From Octopus vulgaris (taxonomy: Eukaryota), in contig OX597833.1 in assembly GCA_951406725.2 (NCBI GenBank), forward strand, positions 48,484,001 through 48,548,000: a stretch of DNA of 64,000 nucleotides, given 5' to 3'. The notes below the pieces were generated by a model. That model was not told where the DNA came from. It worked only from the letters and a program-made list of their open reading frames with translations, and searched no databases. A program made the position numbers and the translations under genes. Positions 25,112-38,680 of this stretch are shown here, one piece after another; within the stretch, counting starts at the first letter, position 1; the number at the start of each line of letters is the position of its first letter.

Positions 25112-27329
25112 ATGTAGACAATGCTTCACAGACTTTTGAAAAAGATTTTCACTTTGAACAATTTATTAAGGTGCAAGAACGATTAACAAATATTTTTTAC
25201 TGGCAGTGTAGTGACAGATAAAACCTTATTTAATCAATGACTTACAATCAGCCATCTTATTATTATTCAGTTTAAAAGACTAATTATGTGAAATAATGTA
25301 ACTTTGACATATGATTGAGAAACACTCTATAGGCTTTGACTTTCATGTAATTAAAAAACAATAAAAATCGGTTTGTTTAGTGACACAATACAGCTGCAGA
25401 AGTTCACTAATGAATTATTATTTTTTTTATTTATGAGCCCTTTTCAAGCCTAGCCAGGCTCATGGGCCCAGTTTCCCAGTTTCTATGGCGTGTGTATTCC
25501 CACCAGCTGGACGGGATGCCAATCCATCGCAGCGTTACTCAAGAAACAGCAAGAAAGAGTGAGAGAAAGTTGGGGCAAAAGAGTACAACAGGGGTTGCCG
25601 TCACACACTGCCGGAGCCTTGTGGAGCTTTAGATGTTTTCGCTCAATAAACACACACAACGCCTGGTCTGGGAATCGAAATCACGCTCCTCCAACTGTGA
25701 GTTTTCTGCCCTAACCACTGGGCCACTGTGCCTCCAAATGTTCCTTCTCGAGCCTTGCCAGGCTCATAAGGGCTGGTTTCCCAGTTTCAGCGGTGTAGAA
25801 ATTCCCCCCTGGACGGGAGGCCAGTCCATCGCAGGATTACTCATTTTTGCCTGCTGAGTGGACTGGAGCTATGTGAAAATGAAGTGTTTTGCTCAGTCCA
25901 GGAATCGAAACCACAGCCTTATAATCATGAGTTCAACACCCTAACCACTACGCCACGCGCATCCACTCACTAATTAATTAGTGAACTAATTTATAGATCA
26001 CTAGCAGTATTGCCCGGCTTTTCATTTTTATTTTTCATGTAATTTACACATGCTTGCACACGTGTTGAACACAGTTCACGTCAAACAGTTGACTGAGTAA
26101 AGTTCACTATTCAATGCATGGGATAAGGCCTAAACAAACACATTATCGATTTTTGCACTTGCGAGATGAATTTCGGAATTGAAATAGCGCAGTTCAATTT
26201 TCATTTGCCTAAACTTTAAGTGACCCATTTTTAGTAGTTCTACGATTTGTTGGCTAGGAGGAGATGTGCCGGGAAGTTAAACACACAGACACACACACAG
26301 ATACACACACAGACACACAAGTTGAGTTTTATATATATATAGATGTCAAAAGACCCCTTAAGAACTTCTAAATTACATTTACTACAACTATCAATAACCA
26401 GAATTGCATATCAAAGTTTTATTATTCAATCAGTGTTCCTCCCATAACCATCCTGTTTACTGCAGTTTAATATATTCTATTTGCAAGTATGAGCCCCATG
26501 AGTCAGAGTTACTGTTCTAGGGCATCTCCCTCACTTTTCTCTTATATATATCTCTTATTATAAAAGGCAGATTTTATCTGCCTCCCTTTGGGAGTTATAC
26601 AAATCTACAATATAGGATTTCTTCAATTACAATTTACCTAGCAGTTTTAAGAGTACAATGCATCGCATCATGCCAGGTCCAGTTTTTAAAATTTAAACTC
26701 CAATTAAGCAAAATTTACAGAAAACTCACATTCTGGTGTGTGTGTCAAATGCTTTTCTTAGTCTGGTTTACACCACACGCAAACGCACACACACAGTGGG
26801 CAACGAATAAAATGAAAGTAAATGTAATATTTGTTTCTGTCTATCACGCTGATAGATACATGAGTAAAATGTATGGGAAGCTAACAGATAACAGTGAGTG
26901 AAAATGTTCTTGGAAGAGAGTAAATTAGCGACAGTGATTTGAGGAAGACTAAACTGAAACTATGAAACAGTGTTTATGTATAAACAGACGACACTTATAT
27001 AAACCCTTTCGTTACCAAACCGCCCGGATTTACCTATTCATATTTAAATGAGAATATCAGAGTAAATCTCTTTAGTACATTCGTGAAAACACGTATTATA
27101 CTTCGTAAACACTTCAAATACAGTTTTGTACAAAAATCGAAGTGTAATTTTAATTCCGTGAATTATGGGAGATTTTTTTCCGAAATTTGTTCCTATTGTG
27201 TTTTCAAAATTTGTAATTCTGACAAAAAATGGATACGAATTTCATTATATCAAGCAGCGAGTCAGAATTCGAAGGATTTTCTACTGAAGACCTTCATAAA
27301 TCTAACTCTATGACTGAAAAAAAAAAGCA

Positions 27330-27723
27330 TCTTTATATAAGAGTGAAGTTGTGTGTCTGTCCCCTTCGATTTACATTCGTAATTACTCCCACATTTTGCG
27401 GTGCAGTTTAACCAAAAGCGGGTATCTTATAGTCGTGATTCATATCGAGCCCTTCTGGGTATTAGCGCGCGTCTACGATGAGTCTACGATTTAAAAAAAA
27501 TTTACCATCATATTTTTCCATTTTAATGCATTTTTTCGCTTTTATATAAGGGAAGTAACTCTCTAAAAATATCTACGATGTGTCAACGATTTAAAAAAAA
27601 TTTACCTTAATTTTTTTTCAATTTTTAATGCATTTTTTTTGCTATTTTTTTGCTATAACTCTCTAAAAATCCTTATATAGTTATTTCCCTTACAACCCGA
27701 CCAACGCCGGGCGATACTGCTAG
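27330..27723 (+). mobile_element. Non-autonomous Helitron-like element
   Basis: A|TC 5' end, CTAG|T 3' end with a cccg...cggg hairpin about 10 nt upstream; no TSD. Confidence 0.7.
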
Positions 27724-27750
<27 letters not shown>

Positions 27751-27755
<5 letters not shown>

Positions 27756-27915
27756 ATCCAAACAAGAAAACACAGAAAAAAACACAGCAACGCGAGGACG
27801 TGGAACAATTAAAGTATTATTTGACGCTTAGGAAAGAAGGGAAGGAGGGTTTAACGTTTCGAGCGGAGCTCTTCGTCGGAAACAAGGAGAAGGAAAGATC
27901 CCAAGAAGAGAAGAC
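27751..27915 (-). mobile_element. Short hammerhead-bearing element in (TA)n (Penelope-like or retrozyme-like)
   Basis: Homologous to 47505-47697; both end in TGTTTGGATTAACT abutting (TA)n. Confidence 0.6.
27849..27883 (-). ncRNA. Minimal (Penelope-type) hammerhead-like motif, U4C variant
   Basis: Minus strand: GUUU-CCGACGA-A-GAGC-UCC-GCUC-GAAAC-GUU^-AAAC; palindromic AACGUU in place of stem III. Confidence 0.55.
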
Positions 27916-28392
27916 ATATATATATATTAACATGCAAGTGGCTGAGCACACCACAGACACGTGTACCTTTAACGTAATTCTTGGGGAGATTCAGCGTGAC
28001 ACAGATTGTGACAAGGCTGGCCCTTTGAAATACAGGTACAACAGAAACAGGAGGAAAGAGTGAGAGAAAGTTGTGGTGAAAGAGTACAGCAGGGTTCACT
28101 ACCACACCCTGCCGAAGCCTTGTGGGGCTTTAGGTGCTTTCGCTCAATAAACAATCACAATGCCCGGTCAGGGAATCGAAACCACAATCCTACAACTGTG
28201 AATCCACTGCCCTAACCACTGGGCTATTGCGCCTCCACATACACACACACACATATATATATATGTGTAAATCTATATATCTATCTATATATATATATAT
28301 ATACAAAGTGACATAGGGGTTGTGAGTGTAACCCACTATGGGATATCACTTATCCAATATACTGCCAGTAAAGTACCCAGAAAAGCTAATTC

Positions 28393-28443
<51 letters not shown>

Positions 28444-28466
28444 CAGACATATATATATATATATAT

Positions 28467-28513
<47 letters not shown>

Positions 28514-29024
28514 ATATATATAAAATAAATATATATATATACACACACATATATATACATATACATATATGTATGTATGTATGTCTATACATATATCATA
28601 TGTGTTTAGTCTGAAATGAAGCTAACATTTTCACATCTAATCTTGACCTATTAACAGCCTTGGATGGGCCTGGCTCCAGCACAGTGCTGAAATGCATATC
28701 ACTAATAATATTGACTATCACACTCTGAGCAAGTCAACTCTTTCTGCCTACAATGTTGCTATAACAATCTATAGGATTACAAAAACAACACTGGAAAAAA
28801 CATCTGATATTACTTGTCCCTGCACACTGGAATGTACGGTGATGAGTCACAGTCGCATGAAAAGCATATTGTATTTGTAAGATACACCACCACCACCACA
28901 TCAACAACAACTGTCTTGAAAATAAGTTAGCACAATATTTACCTTTAGGGGCTGTGGAACACTGGAAGACTATATTCAAGACTAAGTTCCTTGTGGTATT
29001 TAACCCATTAGTTACCATATTTCT

Positions 29025-29442
29025 TATTTCTTTATTGCCCACAAGGGGGCTAAACATAGAGGGGACAAACAAGGTCAGACAAACGGATTAAGTCGATTAT
29101 ATCAACCCCAGTGCATAACTGGTACTTAATTTATCGACCCCGAAAGGATGAAAGGTAAAGTCGACCTTGGCGGAATTTGAACTCAGAACGTAACGGCAGA
29201 CGAAATACCTATTTTTTTACTACCCACAAGAGGCTAAACACAGAGAGGACAAACAAGGACAGACAAACAGATTAAGTTGATTATATTGACCCCAGTGCGT
29301 AACTGGTACTTATTTAATCGACCCTGAAAGGATGAAAGACAAAGTCGACCTTGGCGGAATTTGAACTCAGAACGTAATGGCAGACGAAATACTGTTAAGC
29401 ATTTTGCCTCGGGTGCTAACATTTCTGCCAGCTCGCTGCCTT
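29025..29442 (-). mobile_element. SINE family B dimer inserted into a piggyBac-like MITE
   Basis: 18-bp TSD attagttaccatatttct (29007-29024) / attagtcaccatatttct (29443-29460). Confidence 0.85.
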
Positions 29443-29799
29443 ATTAGTCACCATATTTCTGTCAACGTATGCTGCATTTTTGCAATTAATTTTTAAAATA
29501 ATAAAGAATTACTAAAATAACTTTCTAATTATTAAGCTGGGGTATGGAACAAATTAACATAAAATTTTGAAGGAAAATTACGATTTAGGCCCCTTAAAAG
29601 CAGTAAATTTATGTCATTAAACCTGGGGCAGTCTCAGGTGGGATGTTATCAAAAGGGTTTCTTATATTTGTATTATATTCAGAGTTCAAAATCAGGTTTT
29701 AAAAAAATTCTTGTTTTAACCTCTTAACATTCACTTTTTTTTTTCAATTTCCATGCAGAAAATATCACTTTTTTATCGACGCTTGACCTTTATTCTCTA

Positions 29800-30178
29800 G
29801 AAAAATGCCGCCGCCGTGGTGATCTCATTCTTGCTCACAACATCATACGCGGAAAGTGTAACCTCTTGAAAGAGCTGTTCTTCACTCCTGCTCCAGAGCG
29901 TAGGCTGCGGGTTCACTCCGAAAAGCTCTATCTGCGATGATTTCATCTCAATCGAAGGAGAGGGGCTTTCTCCGTCCGGGTTGCGGATCTGTGGAATAAG
30001 CTGCCGGATGAGATAGTGAAGATGCCGACGACCGCTCGGTTCAAAGCCTCTCTTGATCAGAAATGGCCTGAACTCTTTGCATGAACACCCCTGTACATAA
30101 CTCCATGTCCCCCTACATGGCCTTGCTTTTTGCTTTTTGAGCCAAAAAATTAATTTAACTTAACTTTAACTTAACTTA
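29800..30178 (+). mobile_element. CR1-group LINE 3' end with (TAACT)n tail
   Basis: RRRGDLILAHNIIRG...RRLRVHSEKL...RRGAFSVRVADLWNKLPDEIV...FKASLDQKW, a typical CR1 ORF2 C-terminus. Confidence 0.8.
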
Positions 30179-30361
30179 TTTTGAATCTGTATGTAAAGAA
30201 GAATAAGTACACAAATTATTTTGGATCAGTTATGCTCTATTTTGAAGTTACTGACAGAAATGATGATTACTGTTTAGTTAATAATAGAAATTGGGAATAA
30301 CATCATGGACAAAGTATTTTGGCTTAGGAATAAGTGACAGATACCACAGTGTATGGTGAAT

Positions 30362-30768
30362 ACTCTTTTACTCTTTTAAATTTTTTCAGTCATGTGACTG
30401 TGGCCATGCTGGAGCACCACCTTTAGTCGAGCAAATCAACCCCAGGACTTATTCTTTGTAAACCTAGTACTTATTCTATTGGTCTCTTTTTGCCGAACTG
30501 CTAAGTTACGGGGACATAAACACACCACCATCGGTTGTCAAGCGATGTTTGAGGGGACAAATACAGACACATACACACACATGCATATATATATATATAT
30601 ACATATATACGATGGGCTTCTTTCAGTTTCCGCCTACCAAATCCACTCACAAGGCTTTGGTTGGCCCGAGGCTATAGTAGAAGACACTTGCCCAAGGTGC
30701 CATGCAGTGGGACTGAACTCGGAACCATGTGGTTGGTAAGCAAGCTACTTACCACACAGCCACTCCTG
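30362..30768 (-). mobile_element. SINE family A
   Basis: Consensus match; other copies at ~815-1130, 24445-24815, 31115-31460, 35315-35725, 39525-39885, 43967-44362 (minus) and 40862-41152, 48231-48635 (plus). Confidence 0.85.
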
Positions 30769-31258
30769 TAAATATTTTTTCAAATATATATTTACATCTC
30801 TGAATGAAAATATATGGGAAGTTAATATCTTAAGAAGTTAATATCTTAAGCTGAGTTTAGGTTAGTTAAAATACGTTTGTAACAAATTTCAACTGCTAAA
30901 AAGCAAATTCACTGTAGTTACCATAGAGAAAATTTGCTCTTATGGTAAAAAGGTGTAAAAACATTATGTCTGTTCAGTGTTGCCATCTATTGGGATTTTT
31001 CAGACATCGATATTTCTAGCCTTTCAGCTTTTACCAATGGGAAATACCTAACTAAACTTTGCTTATGCCTAAACACAGCTTGGTTCTGATATTTCTGTAA
31101 TAATGGACTGAAGATCTTTGTAAACCTAGTACTTATTCTATTGGTCTCTTTTGCTGTACCAATAATTTACGGGGACATAAGCACACCAGCATCAGTTGTC
31201 AAGTGATGGTAGGGGTACAAACACAGACACACACACACATGAATACAAACACACACAC

Positions 31259-31314
<56 letters not shown>

Positions 31315-32090
31315 ACATATACAACAGGCTTCTTTCAGTTTCTATCCACCAAATCCACTCACAAGGCTATAGTAGAAGACTCTTGCCCAAGGTGCCACAC
31401 AGTGGGACTGAACCCAGAATCATGTGGTTGGGAAGCAAACTTCTTGCCACACAGCCACGTATTTCCAAAAAAAAATATTGAACACTGAATTTGTATTTTA
31501 AGATTTAGGTGATTTTTTTCTTGGAATTAAGCAAAAAATTCTTTGCTAACTGAAAGTTAGGATTGTCAGGAACAAAAGTTTTTTTTACTAATTACTATTA
31601 CTAATAGTAAATTTTTTTTTACATGTGAGTAGATTTGCAAGGTTTATGATAAAAGCCTATGAACAAATTCAAAATACCATTCATAAGAATATTTGAATGA
31701 ATCATTGTCCTTTTGTTATTCTGTCAACAAGAAATACAAAAATAGCTTTTGAGCTTTGCTTCACCTTGTTATTTTTGTTGCTATTTAATGTAGGTCATTC
31801 AGGGTTAAGAAAACCGGTGATCAAATGCATTCCATTCATGACCATCCCTTTAAGACTACATTATCCAACATATTCTTTGTTTTGTTTTCCAATGATGTCA
31901 GGATCTGATCTGAAGAAGATCTGGCTGCTATTTTTAGCAATATGAGCAATCACTTGCAAGGTCCTTCACTGATTACTTCCTCACCTTGTTTATAATAGTT
32001 GTGTTAGCCTTAGTGAAGGATTAAGTCTTAAAAGAATATTTTGTGTATATTGATGGTAAATAGCATGGCAAAGATAATGGCACACTAACA

Positions 32091-32730
32091 TAGGCGCAGG
32101 AGTGGCTGTGTGGTAAGTAGCTTGCTTACCAACCACATAGTTCTGGGTTCAGTCCCACTGCGTGGCACCTTGAGCAAGTGTCTTCTACTATAGCCCCGGG
32201 CCGACCAATGCCTTGTGAGTGAATTTGGTAGACGGAAACTGAAAGAAGCCTGTTGTATATATGTATATATATATGTATGTGTGTGTATATGTTTGTGTGT
32301 CTGTGTTTGTTCCCCTAGCATTGCTTGACAACCGATGCTGGTGTGTTTACGTCCCCGTCACTTAGCGATTCGGCAAAAGAGACCGATAGAATAAGTACTA
32401 GGCTTACAAAGAATAAGTCCCGGGGTTGATTTGCTTGACTAAAGGCGGTGCTCCAGCATGGCCGCAGTCAAATGACTGAAACAAGTAAAAGAGTAAAGAG
32501 TAAAGAGAGTATGTGTATGTGTGTGTGTATATGTTTGTGTGTCTGTGTTTGTCCCCCTAGCATTGCTTGACAACCGATGCTGGTGTGTTTACGTCCCCGT
32601 CACTTAGCGGTTCGGCAAAAGAAACCGATAGAATAAGTACAGGGCTTACAAAGAATAAGGTCGATTTGCTCGACTAAAGGCGGTGCTCCAGCATGGCCAC
32701 AGTCAAATGACTGAAACAAGTAAAAGAAGA
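32091..32730 (+). mobile_element. SINE family A with tandemly duplicated 3' half
   Basis: Full copy to ~32510, then the tgtgtgtctgtgtttgtcccc...gaaacaagtaaaag segment repeats. Confidence 0.85.
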
Positions 32731-32844
32731 TAGTATATTTTTTTTTTTAATTCTGTATTAACAATTTCATTAACTCAAATTATTTGGACCAATTGATAAT
32801 CAATGAGAAATATAACAGAAAAACGTTTTATGTTTATATTTCAG

Positions 32845-33044
32845 GATATTTGCATTTCAGCTGAAAAAGAAAAAGATATTGAAGCGAAACTGAAACAAGT
32901 GATGATAGACTGGGATATGAAAGAGTTTACCTTTGGTAATTTCAAGAACAGAGGAGAACAGCTATTACGAGGTGATGCAACGAGTGAAATTGTTGTTCTC
33001 ATAGAAGACTCTTTGATGATTCTTAGCTCTCTTATGAATAACAG
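32845..33044 (+). CDS. DNAH5: Dynein heavy chain, exon 7 in window (linker region)
   Basis: tttcag|GAT; [19 protein letters not shown]...[13 protein letters not shown](R); donor AG|gtatca. Confidence 0.95.
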
Positions 33045-33559
33045 GTATCATGACATTGCTTTTAGTATTCTCTTAAACTCTTCTGTATTTAAACTGACCA
33101 AATCTGGCCTAAATATTCTACAGGTTTTATCGTCAAACTGGTCAGATCTAGTCTCTCCCACCTACTCTACAATGTCATTCTAAAAATAAACAATCACATC
33201 ACTAAAATCTTGTAGCGTCAAGATAATGTCCCCGCAACATGAGTTGTAAAGTGGTGGTGGTCACACACACACACATATGATGGTTTTCTTTCATCATCCA
33301 TCTACCAAATCCATTTACAAGGCTTTGGTCAGCCCTAAGTTACAGTAGGAGTGAACCCATAAGAATTACCTAGTACTATTGGTAGTATTATTATATACTA
33401 CCAAGTTTAAATTTGGGCATTCGTCCTGAGTGAATATAAATATATATATATATGCATGTATGTATGATTTGCTCATTTATTCACATTGTTTTAAATTAAA
33501 ATATATATACATATACATATTTTAATTCAAAACTAAACATTTCACCCGGCATGCTATTG

Positions 33560-33858
33560 TGGAGGCGCAATGGCCCAGTGGTTAGGGTAGCGGACTCGCA
33601 GTCGTAGGATCGTGGTTTCGATTCCCAGACCGGGCGTTGTGAGTGTTTATTGAGCGAAAACTCCTAAAGCCCCACGAGGCTCCGGTAGGGGTGGTAGGGT
33701 GAACCCTGCTGTACTCTTTTGCCACAACTTTCTCTCACTCTTTCTTCTGTTGGCCTGCCCACTTAGCCAGTGGGGTGGCGTCATTTGAAGGCTAAAACAA
33801 TGCGAAGTGCATTGTGACCAGCGATGTGTAGCAACATCTGATAGCCTGGTCAGTCACA

Positions 33859-33862
<4 letters not shown>
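33560..33862 (+). mobile_element. SINE family D (tRNA-derived head)
   Basis: A box tggcccagtgg, B box ggtttcgattcc; related copies at 9610-9890, 22215-22510, 25430-25735, 27925-28240 (minus) and 14555-14660, 17120-17410 (plus). Confidence 0.8.
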
Positions 33863-33895
<33 letters not shown>

Positions 33896-34242
33896 CTGCA
33901 TGGCAAAAGTGGAGACACATAAGTCAACCAGTCGCCTTTGACAGCCCCCTACAGTGGCCTATACTGACTGCATCAAAACTCACTTGTTTGTTTGTATTAA
34001 AACTATATCTTCAGTTGTGTCTATTCATATTTTAAAGAATTATACTTCAAAAGCCCATTAATTTCAATTTTAATTCTATGTAAGTGGAATGTATTCTCTA
34101 AAACAAAATAAATATGAAGATTTGTTGCATTTTCTCATTCCAAGATATGATTCTTTAGAAATGTTTCTCTGTTGAATTTGTTCTACTGAATCTGTAAAAT
34201 TTCTCATGTAACCATTCTCATTTTGGAAACTGTATTCTTTAG

Positions 34243-34396
34243 GTTCAATGCACCCTTCAAAAGAGAGATACAACAATGGGTTCAAAATCTGTCAAACTCG
34301 TCTGAAATAATTGATAACTGGTTGACTGTACAAAATCTTTGGGTCTACCTTGAAGCTGTCTTTGTTGGGGGAGATATTGCAAAACAACTTCCAAAG
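34243..34396 (+). CDS. DNAH5: Dynein heavy chain, exon 8 in window
   Basis: ctttag|G; (R)[51 protein letters not shown]; donor |gtaaac. Confidence 0.95.
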
Positions 34397-34497
34397 GTAA
34401 ACCTTTGTTTCTTGATATATTTTATTTTCATCATATTGTTATCCTTTGTTTTTTATCTTTTATGCGTTTCACTCATTCAACTGTAGTTCAGCCGCAA

Positions 34498-34620
34498 CCA
34501 TGCCAGAGCCATACCAGGGCCATGCCAGGGCCATACCAGGGCCATTCCAGGGCTATGCCAGGACTATACCAGGGCCATGCCAGGGCCATTCCAGGGCCAT
34601 AACATGGCCATACCAGGGCC
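34498..34620. repeat. 11-bp minisatellite (CCAGGGCCATR)n
   Basis: About 11 tandem units. Confidence 0.9.
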
Positions 34621-35075
34621 CTGCTTTGAAGAATTTTAGTTGATTGAGTCAAGTCCCTGTACATTATTACTTTTCTTACCTTTAAAGTCAGATACTTAGA
34701 CTGTCAGGCTCTTTTGTTGAACCGTTAAGTTACAAGGATGTAGACACACCAACACCAGTTGTCAAATGCTGGTGAAGGACAAACACAAAGACACACATAC
34801 ACATGCAAACAAGCAAACAAACATATACATACATACATAATAAAATAAATGTGCCCTTTTAAAGCCTAGCCTAGGCTCATGGGCCCGGTTTCCCGGTTTC
34901 AATAGTGTATGTGTTCCCCAGCTGAGTGGACTGGAGCAATGTGAAATGAAGTGTTTTGCTCAAGAACACAACGTGTTGCCTGGTCCAGGAATCGAAACCA
35001 CAATCTTATGATCATGATGCTGACACCTTAACCATAAGCCACACACCTCCACACATGCATACATACATACATATA

Positions 35076-35312
35076 CAGTAATTCCTTGCCATATCACAAT
35101 TCCCCTATCAAGGTTTACCTATTGTGATTTATTATTTAAGCTTATGTCAATTCCTCTGTGGTGTTGCTTTGCGTTTATAATAAAATAAATATATACAAAT
35201 TATAAAAATAATTTCAAAAAATGTACAGTACAGTACTGTTCATACTTCATGGATTTTCACCTATTTCTGTGGGTTTTGGAATGTAACGCCTGCGATAGTT
35301 GAGGCATTACTG
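35076..35312. mobile_element. pogo/Tigger-like MITE
   Basis: TA|cagtaattcct...aggcattactg|TA. Confidence 0.65.
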
Positions 35313-35845
35313 TATTCTCTTATACTCTTATACTTGTTTCAGTCATTTGACTGCGGCCATGCTGGAGCACCACCTTTAGTCGAGCAAATCAACCCCAGGA
35401 CTTATTCTTTTGTAAGCCCAGTACTTATTCTATCGGTCTCTTTTTGCCGAACCACTAAGTAACGGGGACATAAACACACCAGCATCGGTTGTCAAGCAAT
35501 GTTGGGGGGACAAACACAGACACACAAACACACATATATATATATATATATATACATATATACGACGGGCTTCTTTCAGTTTCTGTCTACCAAATCCACT
35601 CACAAGGCTTTGGTCGGCCCGAGGCTATAGTAGAAGACACTTGCCCAAGGTGCCATGCAGTGGGACTGAACCTGGAACCATGTGGTTGGTAAACAAGCTA
35701 CTTACCACACAGCCACTCCTGCGCCTGTATATATAACTCCGAGTGAATTCGGCACTCAGACTGTTTGGACTTAGCCCAAGTATAAATTTAGTAAATTGAA
35801 TGTGTATTTGCAAGCTGATTTAATTTCTGCTTACACTGACTTTAA

Positions 35846-36065
35846 CCCTTTCGTTACCAACCCAGCTGAAACCGGATACGGCTCTGAGTACAAATGTCTT
35901 GTTTTCATAAGTTTTGAATTAAAACCTTCCACCAAATCTTAGTCACAATTTATGTTCCTAACATTAGCTGAATGATAACTAAGTTATTTTACTAAATTCT
36001 TTATAATATTTATAGTAATTGAAAGAAACACAGAGCATCTCAAAATAAATACAGTAATGTAAGGG
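35846..36065. mobile_element. piggyBac-like MITE; inverted copy at 61890-62109, partial copies at ~4171-4262 and ~27003-27330
   Basis: TTAA|ccctttcgttac ... gtaatgtaaggg|TTAA. Confidence 0.8.
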
Positions 36066-36682
36066 TTAAGTATGTAATTTCAGCCAATCACTTGAGCTCC
36101 TTTTATTGAGCCTGGTTGCAGATTGTTTATTTTTGTTTATAATCTGACGGTCATCTTAGAGGTGCCCTGTGTCAAAAATTATCATTTGTACCAGATGTTC
36201 AGACATCGTTCACAAACACCTGACTCAGGCTCAGAAGTTACAGCCCGAGTTGTTATCTATAATCGTAGAAATGAAAAGTTAATTCAAATTCAGTGTTTTC
36301 TTGAAACATTAAATTTCTATAGAGATTAGGATTTAAATTCCAATCTACGCAAAGTTTCCATTCTACAATATTCTTAAAGGAACAAAAAATTATCCAAGGG
36401 TACAGGCGACAGTCAGATCGCTGATGTTTGTGGTGCACCCTACTGTCATTATTTGATTGCTGTTATTCTGTGCATCTGTGTGTAAATGTCAGTTGTGTTT
36501 TGCAGTGTTGCTTTATTTTAACCCTTAACTTAGAAATGGAGAAATACATAGTGCCAGATATAAAAAATAAGCCATTTGGGGCTAGAAATAAAGCAGAAAA
36601 ACATGAAATTCTTCAAGATGGTACGTGTCTAATGCAAAATCTCTGATGAGCCCGAGTGATGCTAATGACCTGTAGTCACCTA

Positions 36683-36752
<70 letters not shown>

Positions 36753-36763
36753 ATATATAATAT

Positions 36764-37110
36764 GAGGGAATATTATTCCAAACTTACAGGGAAAAATTCA
36801 ATTTAGAAATACTAAATCAAATTTCACACAATATAATATATATATATATAGAAAATTAGAAAAAAAACACCTTTTATCAATTCAAAATGAAGAATTAAAT
36901 CACACCATCCAGAAAATTACATATATTAGAAATATTAAAATTAAAATAACAGTAAAATTTCAATGATTAAGTAAATTGCAAAAAATTATAAAAACGTATA
37001 TAATTGGTATGTTTTTATTATTTTTTTGCAATTTACTTAATCATTGAAATTTTATTGTTATTTTAATTTTAATATTTCTGATATATGTAATTTTCTGATG
37101 ATGATGATGA

Positions 37111-37144
<34 letters not shown>

Positions 37145-37530
37145 GAAAAAAACCCACCTTTTATCAATTCAATAATGAAAAATTAAATTATGCTATTTAG
37201 AAAAATTACATCTTATAGAAAGATTAAATATAAGATAAAACATATAACAATGATTAAGTAATGTGCAAAATAATAAATAAAATATATATACCAAATATAT
37301 ACATTTTATTTATTATTTTGCACATTACTTAATCATTGTCATATGTTTTATCTTATATTTAATCTTTCTATAATATGTAATTTTTCTAAATGATATAATT
37401 TAATTTTTCATTATTGAATTGATAAAAGGTGTTTTTTTTTCTAATTTATATATATATATATTATATTTTGTGAAATTTGATTTAGTATTTCTAAATTGAA
37501 TTTTTCCCTGTAAGTTTGGAATAATATTCC

Positions 37531-37533
<3 letters not shown>
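36764..37533. repeat. Foldback element: ~70-bp outer inverted repeats enclosing two long internal palindromes
   Basis: gagggaatattattccaaacttacagggaaaaattcaatttag... / ...ctaaattgaatttttccctgtaagtttggaataatattccctc; internal hairpins centred near 37003 and 37290. Confidence 0.85.
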
Positions 37534-37602
<69 letters not shown>

Positions 37603-37605
<3 letters not shown>

Positions 37606-37780
37606 GGAAAGTTTACGAAAATAAACAAAAGACGAAGGCAGGTGGAGTACAAACAAATGTATTAGTATAGTGCTCAGGAATAGAAAAAAGTCTTTTATGT
37701 TTCGAGCCTATGCTCTTCAACAGAAAGATACACAGAAAAAAACAAGGAGAGAAAAAAATGCGTGTAGGAGCTAACGATCT

Positions 37781-37783
<3 letters not shown>
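37603..37783 (-). mobile_element. Related hammerhead-bearing short element flanked by (TA)n
   Basis: Same architecture: pyrimidine-rich leader, minimal hammerhead, ttcctgagc...taatac; pure (TA)n on both sides. Confidence 0.5.
37691..37728 (-). ncRNA. Degenerate minimal hammerhead-like motif
   Basis: Minus strand: UCUUU-CUGUUGA-A-GAGC-AUAG-GCUC-GAAAC-AUA-AAAGA; stems I and II intact, two core or stem III substitutions. Confidence 0.45.
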
Positions 37784-37853
<70 letters not shown>

Positions 37854-38429
37854 CAAGCCTCTTTCGGTTTCTGTTTACCAAATCTACTAACAAGGCTTCG
37901 GTTGGCCCAAAACTATAAGTAGAAGACACTTGCCCAAGGTGCCATGCTGTAGGATTGAAACCAAAATCGTGGCTAATTTTACGGTCAGTGACATAATACT
38001 ATCTTGCAATCGAGGATTTTTCTTTCATCATTGTTTTACTTTCATTAATGTTTCTACTAAATATATTTCTGTCATTGTAATTACACATTGTATAGTAATT
38101 AATGCACTGAAATAATTACTTGGATACTTAACATTCTGGAACAGTGATTATTTTATAATGTTTCATCAGCTCTTGTGTTGCAGCCCCCATTTCTGCTTCT
38201 ACTGTCCTAATGTCAGCACATCCACCGCCGCCGCCACCGCCACCGTCACCACCACCACCACCACTGCACTACTGCTTTGGCTATCTCTTCTTTCTTTCTT
38301 TCCTTCTTTCCTTCCCTCTCTTATTCTTCCTCCACATTTATTTTGAACTGATTTTTTTTTTGTTCCAGTTCTCTTCCTTCTTCCTTCTTGTTTCTCTCCC
38401 TCTTCCTTTCTGTCTTTCTCTCTCCTACT

Positions 38430-38680
38430 CTCTCTCTCTCTCATGTTCACTCTCTCTCTCTCGTGTTCACTCTCTCTCTCTCGTGTTCACTCTCTCTCCC
38501 CCGCTCTCTCTCTCGTGTTCACTCTCTCTCTCTCTCGTGTTCACTCTCTCTCTCTTGTGTGCACTCTCTCTCTCGCATGTTCACTCTCTCTCTCTCCCTC
38601 GTATTCACTCTCTCTCTCTCTCTTGTGTTCACTTCCTCTCTCTCTCTCTCGTGTTCACTCTCTCGTGTGCACTCTCTCTC
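38430..38680. repeat. (CT)n-GTGTTCA compound minisatellite
   Basis: ctctctctcgtgttca repeated. Confidence 0.85.

Noticed and set aside
33560-33640. Possible tRNA genes at SINE heads (also 14555, 17120, 16445)
   Set aside because: A and B boxes are present but run straight into SINE bodies, with no clean acceptor stem or terminator; these are tRNA-derived SINE heads.
36643-36685. CTGATGAGCCC next to (TA)n; also CTGATGA at ~42534
   Set aside because: No closing stem II with GAAA can be found; at best truncated, so not supportable.
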